The notes under the pieces: model-generated
What the model was told of the DNA's origin: nothing
Databases searched by the model: none
The model's input: the letters and a program-made list of their open reading frames with translations, nothing else
Program-made: the position numbers and the translations under genes
Assembly (NCBI GenBank): GCA_965645245.1
Contig: OZ287076.1
Span: 992,001 to 1,056,000, forward strand
Length of the DNA stretch: 64,000 nt
Source of the DNA: Massalongia carnosa
Taxonomy: Eukaryota
Reading direction: 5' to 3'
Part shown: positions 23,079 through 35,920 of the stretch, piece after piece
How positions within the stretch are numbered: the stretch's first letter is position 1
How the letters are laid out: every line of letters begins with the position of its first letter

Positions 23079-23864
23079 GTTGATAGAGGTAGTAACTCGA
23101 AGTATCATATGATGTGATTGTCGGCTTGGGTAGATGATTAGCAATGTTTTACAGAAAGGTGACAGAGCTCCGGAGGACTCGTCGTTGTTATATAGTAAAT
23201 TTCACATGAATGGATGGAGCCGCGCTGACTTGACTCACAAATAGATTGTTAGGGCTGTGTTGCCTGCACGGTACTTGTACTCGAGGCTGAAATGGCTGAT
23301 GGTGACAGCAGGTACTCGGACGTAATGCAGATGCAAGTGAGATCCGATGACAAGTGCGAGGGAGGCACTTGGGATTCCGAGGATTGCGGTGGTGTATCCG
23401 GGGGTGCTGGATGCGCAGCTACTGTTGTGACAGATCCGACGACAGTAGTGGCGTTGTCGAAAATAGCAGAAACGTAGCAGCTTGATTAATTATTCTTCCT
23501 TCTCTTTCTGAGCCGAGATGTGCGCTGAGCTTTAGAGGGAGTGATGTGTAATAAGGAAACCGTGGTTGATCTAGTGAGGGAATGGAGGGAGGGGAAGGGA
23601 GATATCTATGGCCAGCAAAGAGACATCTTCATGCAAGGTAGAAAAAGTGACATGAAAGTTTGAGCGGAGGGATGCCGACGGGATCCTATATGTAAAATGA
23701 CATGCCGGCACCCCTTGGACAGCCGAGACTTCTTTTCAGAAGAGATTAAGTTATAAAACAACTACGAAGCACCCGGATCCCTATCTTTCCCAATCGGCCA
23801 ACAACAAGCCAACAGAGCACTGCTGGTCTCGGGCACTGGGCACACACGGTAGGGAAATAGCTTG

Positions 23865-23896
23865 TTGCTGGGTTGCTGGGTTGCTGGGTTGCTGGG
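23865..23896. repeat. (TTGCTGGG)4 tandem repeat
   Basis: Four perfect 8-bp units, upstream of the putative microprotein transcript. Confidence 0.9.
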
Positions 23897-26800
23897 AACA
23901 TGACGCAGGAAAAGGTTGAACACGCTTTCTGGACTCTGCCTAGTGCCACCGCTCTCCTGGCTGTCTAATCCCATTTTCTTTGAAATGATTTTTTTTATTT
24001 TTTTTTAGGGATTTCTTGGTGCAGGGGTGGGTGAACGTTTCAAGGCAGGCTGCGGCAGGGACTAAGTCAACTGGTCGGATCCTCCTATCCTTTCTGATCC
24101 ATGATCCTTAGCAGCACTCTATGACTCTGGCGGGACGCGAAAGAACCTTCGGGCTCGACGGATATCCCTGTCTTCTGTGCTTGGTACCTGCATGGTTGAA
24201 AAGCCACCACAGCCGACGGCCTGTGCCCAAAGGTTTGCAAGTGCGTCCCAAGCACGGAGAACGGAGTACGATCGATACCTAACGATGACTTTCCTCCTGC
24301 AGGATGTATCATCGTACATGACAAGAGTGAGTGATTGGTACGATCCTTTATCAAGTAAGGCAGCAAGCATGTACTCTGTACTCTGTATGAGAGAACAATA
24401 CGGAAAATATGATATGTTACTCTGCAACATGATAAAAAACAACAATGTCCGGTCGCCTTGCATCCATGCCTCCATCAAATCAGAGCGATAGAACCAGTTT
24501 CATCAAAGCGATACTCCGTGCAGGAGAGCGATACATCGTCAACGTCGTCACGGCTAAGCAGAGGATCTTGAGTGGAGCCGGATACATAATTTCTCATCAT
24601 CTGACCCTATGACTCCCTCGCAAAGCGCTCGTTTTGATTGAACGACATTTCCACTCGCCCAGAAACTCAGCACGCATACCGTGTACGGTAATCTAGTGAC
24701 TACCTTGGCGTTAACGCCTCACACCGTTCCCCGAAAATCAAAATCCACGTAGTTCATAGTCACATCGCTGGTGTGTGTGTGAAAATTTGAATTACCATTG
24801 CAGCCACGAAGCGGTCGCCTAGTAAATGTGGACAAGGGCGACACAAATCGTGATTACTGCCAAATAACGATGATGCTTTTTCATCTGGTCGCCGCGCCTT
24901 ACAGTAGTTTCCAATCACAGTCTTTCGATTAGATACGTGTGCGACGCCGCATAGGCAAAAATCTCGTTCCCATCCTTGTCCGTGGAAATTTAATTGATGA
25001 TGCCCCAAGAATATTTCATAACATCTTTTGTTACCGTGTTTCTGGGATGAAAGGGCTGACCAGCTAGAACACGACTAGAAACAGGTAAGGGTTCATTCGG
25101 CCTCGGGCAGGCTTCCGCGATGAACTTCGGCCAAATATATGACTAGTGAAGCAGGAAGGCAGCAGAGAGCAGAAGGTACGAGAGCCCTCAGCACATGGCA
25201 ATAGGGGACATGAAATCGTTTGTCATTATTATCAGAAGGTGCATGAGATATCGATCAGATGTTCATCAAGCATGCATATATATCAATGCACGACTTGAAC
25301 CGTACTTCAGCAAAGCCAACTGCGCGTATCAAGCGCGTAAAGCTGATATCACTGTACTCTGTCCTCTGGACAAAGCACTTCATAATAAAATACATGCCGA
25401 CGTGCCTATCTAGGTACTCTGTATGTACTCTTTAACCGTCCTTCCGTACCTATATGACCTTGATGAGTCAGACCATCAAGGGGCAGGGATTCATGAGATT
25501 TCTAAAACAGGACCAGCTCGGTTTACTCTATCCAATCCGGACGAGGAAGGTAATACGAGGAATGCTTGTATGATCTGCGCCGGAAAAGTGTCAAAGCCAG
25601 AGAAAACATCTCTCGGTCTCAAAGTGTCTTTCATCTAGGGTGCTGTCGCACGCCTGCCCTCCCCGACGGAAGGTCTCCCGGTGCACAAACTGATACCGCT
25701 CTAGAGTGCAACGCCGTCATATCTCAAACAAATGAACGCCTGTCTTGGCTTCTTTCCCGATATTTCACTCATGATCCCATTCGTGTTTAAGATGTGTCAC
25801 ATTGACCCGAGGTTTCAGCTCATGCTCCCAAATGGTGGCTTTCAAGCCGGACTTCCTATCTTGCGTGGTGCGATGAAAGCAACGTCACATCTAAACATGA
25901 CGCATGCATCGTAACAGCTAACAGAAGCACCCCTTGTGGCACTTCTGAATGGGTCTCAATCGGGTTCCTGAGCTAACGTGGTAAAGGTGAAGGTGGTCTC
26001 AAAGCGTTCCGATCCAGCAGCCTCCTAGTCTCAACCGGGTAAATGCCTTGTAATCTTTCCCGTCGGATGATGATCCCTGAGCCTTTTGGGGACTTCGCCC
26101 CTTTTCCAATACCGAAAATCTGGGACAGCTACCAATCCTTGGATTCTCTCGCCGTGGCATCCACGTGTTGTGGCCCATGAGCCCCGCACGATCTTCCCGC
26201 CTCACAAGGGAAATTTTGTTTGTTGGACCTTCAATTTTGGATCTAGTGGATGACTGAGGTGAATGACTCAGCCTAATTGTTCTTGTTTCGAAGATACAAA
26301 TTCACGGTGAGGAATCCAGAGGCTGACAGGATGAACACTAGTAATCACTGCTGAACGATGACCCCCCTTCGCAGTGAGTACCCTATTTGGGCAGGAAAAA
26401 AGTTCTTACTCCTTTGACGACGGGTAAAAACTAAAAAGTCATGTCACTCGAAGCATGCAGGACAGAAAGCCTGAGTCACCCCCACAATTTAGGCGGATTC
26501 AAACTTCCCAAAACTAGTCCTCCAATTGCTGCAAGGTTCTGGTTGACTACTAAATATATATCCCTCAAGCGGACTGCCTTTGCGAGCGGAATTCATGTGG
26601 AAGCGGCGGAGGAAAGAAATAAAGGCCCAAAAATGATATTCTTGCGTTTTTCTTCACCTGATGTAAAAAATATACGTAATACCTAGACGATGATAGAACC
26701 TATCTAAAGGATTAGATTTACTACTTTTACTAGTAGCGGTTGAGAATCATGGGAAAAGAAAAACGCTAAGCTCCACGGTTATTACCTAATTTGTAGTGGT

Positions 26801-26963
26801 GGTGGAATTGAGCTTTGCCGCCTTAAATCTCAGCCGCCCCGTGTACGTACGAGAGAGCCACAGCACAACGAACTCTAGAGTTACGGCGAAGAGGCCTGTC
26901 ATTTTTTTGCGCGTGTGAAAGCGCGGCTGCAAATTTCTGACCGCACCGTTGCTAGAGGCCAAT

Positions 26964-27740
26964 ATGGCGAGCCCGAACTGGCGTACAATCAATATTGATC
27001 TTCTTGACCCCGAATCTTCCGCAAATTTCTCCACGGCCTCCTTGTCTCCATCCATCCCCTCTGTCTCAGCTGCTGAAGTCCAAAGTCTGGGAAGCCAAGT
27101 CAAACAGCTGCTACGAGGTGGTGATATAGAAGGCGCGCTGAGGGGCGCCCTAGAGAATGCACCGTATGGAGGGGATGGTGCTGCTAAGGTAAGACGCCCC
27201 ATGAATTAACTCTCTGGCACAGACCTAGGTACGAAATTCAGCGTTAGCCTGATTACAGACTGTCAACTGATGACAGAGAACAGGAAGTGCATCTCGCAAC
27301 GGTGGTCGAGACCCTGCAATCAATAAAGCAGTCCGACATGTCCCCAATGCTCAGCAGAATATACGAATCGGAAGGGGGCCCCGAAACCCTCGATGTGCTG
27401 ATGAAATATTTGTCAGTGCTTCTGGTAGCTGTATCCGCCTGCCCAAACTGATTTCCCCTCACGACTCCACATATGGTGGCACTTTCCCGTTACTGACTCA
27501 AGCGCTAAAACCGCTGTTGTTTGCAGATACAAGGGCATGTCCCACAACTCTCAGCCTACATTTGCGTCCAATCGCTCGCTTTCCCCTCAGCATACTGGGT
27601 TCACACAGCTGCATTCGAGGGGTGGAGGTGAAGGAGGTGGGCAAGCAATGAGTGTATTGCTGAGCTGGCATGAGAAGTTGGTAGAGATTGCCGGAAAAGG
27701 AAGCATTGTGCGCGTCATGACTGATAGAAGGACGATCTGA
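26964..27740 (+). CDS. ARC15: Arp2/3 complex subunit 5 (p16-Arc)
   Basis: NWRTINIDLLDPESS, GALRGALENAPYG, LDVLMKYLYKGM, MSVLLSWHEKLVEIAGKGSIVRVMTDRRTI. Two introns (~27189-27283, ~27412-27526). Confidence 0.93.
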
Positions 27741-28457
27741 TCAGGGAGAACCATTGTCTACTTGATTATTTCCGAAAGATGCTTCGGAGCCTACAAGAAA
27801 GACATCCGGGAGCTGGTGAATTTGACATGCGTTAGCCCAGAGATTTCCCCTTATCTTTAGTACGTCTCTGCGTTCAATCTTCGTTGCAGATGCATGTCTG
27901 ATACAGAAGAGATAATGTGACTATTCATTTTTGCTACGTATTTAAGAACTAGGTTAGATTAGACCGGACGTTGCTATCCGAAACTACATGAACAGGAATT
28001 GAGATATATCACAAATAAATGCCTGCATGAAAAGCTAATGGTTTGAACCTAGTCCTGCATCTTCAAATCGCTAAAGGTAGTGAGTGAGCTCTAAGCTGGA
28101 CGATGCTAACGGGTACAGAGTACCTATAGCGTACATTAGACAGCTCTATTAAAGGGGGGCACGATTGAAAATTCTTTCTCTAAGATCTTAAACAAGCATA
28201 TTTCAGATACATCTGAGACTGACTTTCAAACGTCCTCTCCCGATCTGATTTCTACCCCAGTAGCCTCCGCTATCCCTAAAATAGCTAGACTTGGCTAGAA
28301 CCATTAGGGCTCTCGAAATAAGCGAAATATCCAAACGGGGCCCCAGTTGCGCACAAACCACCATCACGAAAACCCTCCATTTTTCTTCTTTACCTCCAAC
28401 AAGCCATAGTTCGTCCATAATCACACCTCCAATTAACGACCGACCAAGATCGTTATC

Positions 28458-29405
28458 ATGGCTGCTGCTCTGAACAAGATCACGGCGACAAGCCCGTCAA
28501 GGCAGCATCCGTCAGATCTGGAAACGAGCATTGCAACCGCGCTGTACGACCTTGAATCCAATATTCCGGATATGAAAACCGCGCTTCGGCCACTGCAATT
28601 CGTATCGGCGAGAGAGGTGAGATGCTCTTTTCTCTCTTATTTCGCTGCTTCAGCTCTTATTGGTTATGGAGGGATGATAAGGTTTGTTTTGCAAGTATTT
28701 CTGGAATTGTGGTTAGCAGGCTTTGTCACACATATGGCGAATTTTCCCGCCTTCATGCCTACTTTCTCGGTCTAAAGATAAGACCTATGCACTCTGAACA
28801 TTTCTCTCTCCTCGGAAACATATTTCCTCCCCACATGAACGTTCCTGCTAATACAATCCACCACAGCTCGAAGTCGGCCACGGCAAAAAAGCAATCGTCA
28901 TTTTCGTCCCCGTCCCTCTCCTTACCGGTTTTCATAAAGTTCAACAACGGTACCTCACTCTCTCTTCTCCCCTCCCTTCTTTCTCTAGCACTCCCCTCGT
29001 CTCCCAGTCAATCTAAGCTAATCCCTACGTCCGTCATTCAGCCTAACCCGGGAGCTCGAGAAGAAGTTCTCTGACCGCCATGTCCTCCTTCTGGCCTCTC
29101 GGCACATCCTCCCCCGCCCGAAACGTAGCAACCGCTCGCGCACGTCACAGACCCAAAAGCGCCCACACAGCCGTACCCTGACCGCCGTGCATGACGCCAT
29201 TCTCACGGATATTGTCTATCCTGTTGAGATTGTGGGCAAGCGTACGCGCACCCGCGAGGACGGCAGCAAAGTGCTCAAGGTCGTGCTGGATGAGAAGGAG
29301 CGTGGTAGTGTGGATTTCCGGCTGGATACTTATGCCGAGGTGTATCGGCAGTTGACGGGGAAGGGAGTGGGGTTTGAGTTTCCTGTAGGTGGGGGGGACT
29401 ATTAG
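28458..29405 (+). CDS. RPS7: 40S ribosomal protein S7 (eS7)
   Basis: [66 protein letters not shown]. Introns ~28617-28866 and ~28950-29042. Confidence 0.97.
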
Positions 29406-29596
29406 ATAGGATGTCATGGTTGGGGTTGAGGGATCTGGCAGGAGGTTAAACTACGCTGGTAAGGGGCGTAGAATGTAGCTTAGTCAAGGTGGACAAGGAA
29501 AACGTGGTTAAAGCACGGATCACTTGCTTCCTAACCATCCTTTCGTTTCTCTCCTCCCTTCAAACAGCCTACCCTTCCCTACACCCATTCTCCGCA

Positions 29597-31348
29597 TCAA
29601 TCCTCAAACCCTACAATCCTCCCCACCCCCACCACTACCCAATAAGCCAGCTCTTTTTTCTCGCTCTTTTCCATCCCTACGCCCCCGCCGCCACCCCCAT
29701 CTCCGGCCTCCCACTCCACCCTTACGAAAATCGGAATCTCCAGGACATCCTCATCCTCCTCCAAATCCTCGCGCTCCCCCTTCACCTCCGCGCACACCAC
29801 CTCCAGCACTACGGCCGTCCAATTTCGTCCCATATCCCATACTTTCCCCGCCTCGGCCACGCGGCCCTCTCCGCCCTTCAGCACCGACTCCCTTGCCGCG
29901 TCGCGCGTCCGCTGGCTCAGACGGCGGTTTTCCCGGACACGTGCGTCGTTATCGTCGGTGGTGCCGAGCGCCTCATCCCACAGGTCGGTGTTGGCGCCCA
30001 CGTTAAATTGCGGGCAGAGGATGGTGACTTTATGGGCGTGCTGACCGGGCGTGCGGGCGGGCGTGGCGAGAGTGACGCGCAGGGCGTCGTAGAGGGGATT
30101 TTTGAGCGTGAAGAGGAACTGGATGGGGCGGAGGGGCACGAGGTCGGGGAAGCTTGGGGGTGCAGACAAGGTGCCAGAGGAAGATGGGGAGGGGAGCGGC
30201 GAAAGGACCATAGCGGGGATGTAGCTTAGGGCGATCAGCTTGATCTTGAAGCGTGTGCTTTGCACCTTCGCGTCAGGTTTTACGAGAATGTGTCGGCAGG
30301 TACGACAGCGCTTGTTGCGCTTCGTGCGAAGAAGGGTGGGGATTGGGAGGAGGTCGCTTAAGAATCGGACCGGGTGTGTTTGCAAGGCTCGTTGGGTGGT
30401 ACTGGTGGTGCCAAGCCAGCTTTGCTGGCGGAGAGTTTGAATGATGGTGGCGTCAGCGGTAGACTCAGTTACATGGAGGCCTTCGGACGGATCGGTGCTT
30501 TCACGCATAGGCTGAGGTTTTGGGGTAATTTTTTTGCCGGGGCCGCCGAGGTTAGTATAAAGGTTCATGATACGGGCGAGGCTAGATGGGGAGTTGTAGT
30601 TGAAGCCGCCAGTTGGGGTGAGGAGGGGATTTGCGGCGGTAGTGGAGGCGGAGCTGATCTGCGAGGCGTAGAAGGCTTTGAGAGCGGCGAACTTGCCCTC
30701 TGGCGTATGGGTTGGGTTTCCATTGTTAGGATCTGAAGGGGGTGGATCGAGCTTCGGCTGAATGGTGAGGTAGCCACTTTTCATCTTGGCAATTTGGCTG
30801 TATATGTTGGTGACTTTCTCGAATTGCATACCGATTTCCAAAGACGTCCAATTGCAATAGCCGCAAGCCAGGATCCATGGTCCCACCAGGCCAGCGCCGC
30901 TCTCGATGTCGAGGGTATTCACACTCATGGGCGCTGCGCATATTGGGCACTCAAAACAATTTCTCGTACACCTGCCAGTAGCTGTCCATCAGTGTAATTC
31001 TCCGCATGGTAAAGATTGATAGGATGGAGAAAGAGAGATCCTGGTGCTTACCTACCTACTGCCTTCGCTTTTGATCATCTGGCTGGGGATTTCGAAGAGA
31101 CAGCTCGGGCAATACCAGCAGGCAACCTCCTCGAGGATGCATTTGGGACATCTGATTTTCTGGCAGTCTTCACAGTACTGAAGGTGTTCTACAGGGTAAA
31201 GTGAAAAGTTTGCCCGCATCGATGTAGGGTCGAAAGTGAGTTCCTGTTCTTCATCCTCATCGCCGCCGTCGGATGCCCTGTACTCTCCCGTGTTTGGAGG
31301 AGCTTCATCAACGCAAGGACAGCGGATATAGATGTATGGAAATGCCAT
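29597..31348 (-). CDS. DCTN4: Dynactin p62 subunit (Ro-2/DCTN4)
   Basis: N-terminal Cys clusters (YCEDCQKIRCPKC..WYCPSCLF, CTRNCFECPIC, CGYCNW), LRTKRNKRCRTCRHILVKPD, KVTILCPQF and ELAYWVVVGVGRI. One intron ~30972-31050. Confidence 0.9.
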
Positions 31349-31643
31349 TGTGGTTTAGGCTGGAGGCGCAATAGCGCAAAGGATTGGGATCACGAAAAGC
31401 GGCAAATTGATTTCACACCCATCTACTGGAGCTAGCGCCTATAACTTTCCAGTATGGTAGGTTTATTTTGCCAGCGTGATGCAATGTCTTCCATAAAGTG
31501 ACTTGAGGATTAGATTTAAAGCTACAATGTGAAAATTCAGTAACGGAACAGTCGAGTTGTAAGAACATAAGAATGACTTCAAAGCCATGTAGCCCTTATG
31601 TTTCATGCCCCTATAAGTTACTCCATTCACTGCACCTAGCAAC

Positions 31644-34600
31644 TCATGTCCATCTTTGTAACCAAATTTTGACAAACTTCTCAACGTACCTATCTTCCAC
31701 GATCCTTGGAGCATTCCTTAATGCCATGCTATCCTCTCGTGTTACCTTAGTTTCAAAAATTAAATTCCCTTGCTCCTGCTTCGCGTTGAGGAGTTGATGC
31801 TCCCAGAAAGATATCAACTTGACCGATGGGTTCCGCTCAGGATCCTGATCATTAGCTCTCATGCGTGCAAGCCAATCCGCGAACGGAATTGTTTCAAACT
31901 CCAACCCAGCAGCCCGTAGAGCTGGTAAAACATCCTTCGTCCACGAAAAGGGGTGGGGGTTGACAAGGTTGTAAGCAAGTGCACGATCACCCTCACGCCG
32001 AGCTGGAATTTCAGAGTCGAGCACGCCAGAGAGGTCGAGAACTATGGCGGCAACAGTATCGACTGGGAGCCAAGAACATACCTCATTTAATGCTGGCAAA
32101 GCCTTAAGTTGCAGAGCGGAACGGATCATTAGTGGCGTTGCTTCAGACTCATTCCAAAGACCCAAATTACTGTCACCCACGATCTGACCAATACGCAGAA
32201 CCCGGCCTAGTGCACCGGCGGTAACAGCTGCATTATGCACGATCTGTTCACCAACTAGCTTCGCGCGAGCGTAACCAATACTAGCAGCGTAAGCCAGGTT
32301 GTCGATGATTATTTCGGGAACGGTGCTCGGGGTGGGAGTAGCCATGGCAGCGGATATAGAAGAGCAGAAGAAGAACCTAGCTGGTTGAGGCGTTTTGACC
32401 GAGAGGGAGAATTTTAGAAGGTTATAAATACCCTTGATATGATAATCCTCAAAACTCCTTACTCCTAGGATGAAATTGACAGTCCAGGCACTGTGAATGA
32501 TCAAGGATACGTGATTTCTCATAGTCTCCGACATTTCAGCTTCCAAACCTAGATTCTCTTGGTTGAAGTTGCAAGCAAGGACAACAATCTTGTTCTCAAA
32601 GGCCTTCGAGCGACTGAGGCTTTGTACGCGTAAAGCGTTCAGGAGTCGATCCAATGGTCTCTCTGTAGGCGCCGCCCGGACAAGGCAATAAACGGTGGAA
32701 ACGTTATCTGTGTCCAAAAGTTGAGCCAGTATATGAGCTCCCACCCCTCCCGTTGCGCCGGTGAGAATCTAGATCATTTGTCAATGAAAACGAATGGGAC
32801 GCTCCAAACATGACGTACCACTTTGTGAGTCGAAGGCATTGGAGCTGACCCTGGAACGTGCCTTTCAAAAACAGAATATTTCTTGATCAGATCAGACATA
32901 ATCTCAATATCATCCTCGTGCTCAGAATCTTCGCCTGCTTGCATCGCGTATAGATGCCTTGCGAGCCGTGCAGTGTTTACACAATTAAAAACCACCATAG
33001 GATCCAATTCCGCGCCCTTAGGTCCTAGTTTCAACGATTTGCGGATGATTCCTCTCATCTGTATAGCTTTCAGACTGTCTACTCCAGCAGCGTAGAAATC
33101 AGTCTCCAAGGTAGCGAGGGATATACCTAACTGCTCTTGAAACGCTGTCTTTATAAAGCCTTCAAGTGTAGCAACATCAAGCTTGAGATCGCCATCACCA
33201 CCGCTGTTAAGATTATCGTACGCAAGTTGAATTACTCCCTCGAATTCCATATATGCTTGAGCCCGTTTTATCGAGCCCTTGTCGGTGGCTGGATAACCTA
33301 TAGTTGATGGTAAGCAAACAATCATGTTTTTGCTGATTTGAGAGAATCCCTCGGCCCGGGAATTTGCATCTTGTATGGTAGGCCAGACTTGATCGATGAA
33401 CTCCTTGTCAGATAACTCCGCCGCTATCTTTGCCCGGAAAAGAAGGAGTCCTGGAACATGTTTTCCATTGCCGAAAACAATAGCTTCTCTTACTAATGAA
33501 TTCTGCCTGATTCGACCTTCAATGGATAGCGGAAGGACCTTTTCTCCATTCAACAAATTCACCCGATCGTCCGTTCGACCAAAAAACTTCCATGCGTTTG
33601 GAATGGTCGGATGAGGCGTGAAGAGATCTTTTGAATGAAACGAGTTCGGCGGGTCGTTCGAGTTTGAAACTATCTTATTCTGAAAGCCATCGAGAATGAC
33701 GCACTCATAGATATTGTTTCCCGCGGATTTCATGTATAAATAAGGAATAACGTGAGGCGAAACCCGGAGATAGTTCCAGGCGTTGTCCCCGTTGGGACGG
33801 GTCAGGGAGGAAAAGAGCATGCCGCATTCAGTCCTAATCTTTGCTTAGCTTCCCTCTGTTAACCCAGGACGATCTGTTAACTATAAAGCTAAGAACCTAC
33901 GATCCATATATAGACCCTAGATGAACCCCATGACTCACTAGCATATCGCCAAGCTCATCAGGACAGCTACTACCGGAAAAAGAGACCATCCTACAAGCTT
34001 TCAATAGGTCAACGCCACGTTGTTTCTCTACGAGAAGTTTCAAAATATAAGGCACGGTATATACAGCCTCTGGCCGAGCTAGTTCAAGAGCTGCAGTCAC
34101 ACTTTTGTGCGTCTGCGGAACTGTGCTGTCCCAAAGATGGATGACCTTTCGCTTATTCCAGTTCATGAAGGGGGCCACAAGCCCGTGGGTATGGTAATAT
34201 GGCAGGGTGCTGAAAGCTTTCATCCCTCCCAAAGGATGAGCCAAAGCAAGTAATAACTTATGGTGAGTGTAATGTAGGGGCTTCGGAAGACCTGTGGAAC
34301 CGGAAGAGTGCAAAATGAATATCTCCCTAGAACCTTCCACTGGACCATCTACCTGACGAGCGAAGCGTGGCTCTGTAGTATGGGTGTCGTAATCTTGGCG
34401 TGACAAAAGCGGGATTATTTTCACCGACTCGCGCTGCTGAATCTGGCTGCATGTTGCAAGCAAACGAGGAGCGTAGATGAGAACTCTAGAGTCCATCTCC
34501 CTCAGAAGAGCTACGCACGCCTCGGGCGAAAGCCGAGGCGAGAGCAGGAGAACAGCATAGCCGAGTCTGCCCAAACCGAGTAGGGATACCAGATAGTCCA

Positions 34601-34971
34601 GATTAGATATAGCGAAAATAGTAACAACAGAATGTTCATACTATGTTCAGAAATCAGCATCATATATTGATATGAATAAATTTTAACATGATACCTACTA
34701 CTGGACCCAACCCTAGTTCAATGAAGTATTTTGCTGCTGCATCTACAAAGCGATCCAGATCTTTCCCAGTAAATTCTCTACTTCTAGAAACACCTTGCTC
34801 GATCTCTGGGTAAGCCAATAGAGGGACTTGGTCCTTGTCAGCTCCTAGTTGACGGATAAACTCATCAATGGTGTGTGGTAAATGAGCCTTAGCCGATACA
34901 TCAGTGATGCCATTGACCTTAGACATATATGAACCCTCCATCGCGGACTCGCCTGTTTGGGAAATGGACAT
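31644..34971 (-). CDS. NRPS-like enzyme, adenylation-thiolation-reductase (carboxylic acid reductase type)
   Basis: A domain HSSGSTGLPKP, YGS|TECG, GRTDD. T domain GVDSL. SDR/NAD-binding LTGATGGVG, IIHSAW and GYARAK. Three introns (~34641-34700, ~33835-33898, ~32769-32818). Confidence 0.9.
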
Positions 34972-35920
34972 GTCTCTGCCGTCGACTCGGAAGAGAATTT
35001 ACGTATCAACAAGGTGAATTTTTACAAATAATGAACTGCGGTAGAATAAAATAACAATAAAGGTAAAACCCCCACATGAACAATTGACGAAAATGGTTGC
35101 ACTTCAATGGACTTTTACAATATTGAACATCCGAAACCATACCCATCGTTCTCGACAAAATATGTCAATATTGCGGCAAAGGAATCAGACCTCCCCCACT
35201 GGTTACACCATCCCACGGCACCGGCTTGCGTAGGCGCTATAAAGGCTCAACCCCATTTGCGGATAGCTAGGTCTAGACAAGTCGAGAACCTCATAATCAA
35301 CGTGGGTCAGAGCCCTGTAACACACCCCAACATCAAAGAGGAAACATTTGATGGGGCACAGTTCCGAGAGTCCACCCCCGTTGCAGAAGCAAGGATGCGC
35401 TTGTCAGGAGTTCGTCCTGTAGACCGTTTGGATTGGTTACATGATTGCACCGACATCTCAAGAGCGAGTAGGGAGGCGCGGGGACATGCTAGCCTGGCAG
35501 ATCATATTTTGCACCGATGTTGGATCAATCTGCTGTAGTCAGAAGATCTGCAGGATATTGGAGATCTGCATCCCCATTGTATTTTCTACCTACAGCATCA
35601 TTTTTGTCTGCGTTTCTTGTGATGTTAGAAAGAGAATGCGTCTCTTGGAGCGAATCTATGGACTCATATTCATACAAATAGAATGCGGGTTCAGCCGCTT
35701 ACATATATAAATTACGCTCTAGTTAAGGGCAACCACGTTACAGAGTACAAAATACTATTGGTGATACGGTCGGAAGGCCATCGGACCCGTGAGTTAGCCG
35801 AGAGTTAGCCGACAATGATACATGCTAAAGAATACTAGAATATGTTTGACATGTTACATGACAACGGTACATACAGAGCAGTTATACAATGGCTGATAGT
35901 CACGCCCATCTTAAACAGCA

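Noticed and set aside
24085..26686. Several 60-120 aa ORFs in the VPS21-ARC15 interval
   Set aside because: They overlap on both strands, show no motifs and have no consistent splice structure, so they are likely chance ORFs.
28668..28812. Box C/D snoRNA in RPS7 intron 1 (ATGATAA...CTGA)
   Set aside because: The C box is imperfect, the terminal stem is offset from the D box, and I could not identify an rRNA-complementary guide. A snoscan/Infernal run would settle it.
29489..30736. Long plus-strand ORFs opposite dynactin p62 (and similar antisense ORFs over PMC1, CAB2 and NDUFAF5)
   Set aside because: Antisense shadows of GC-rich coding sequence.
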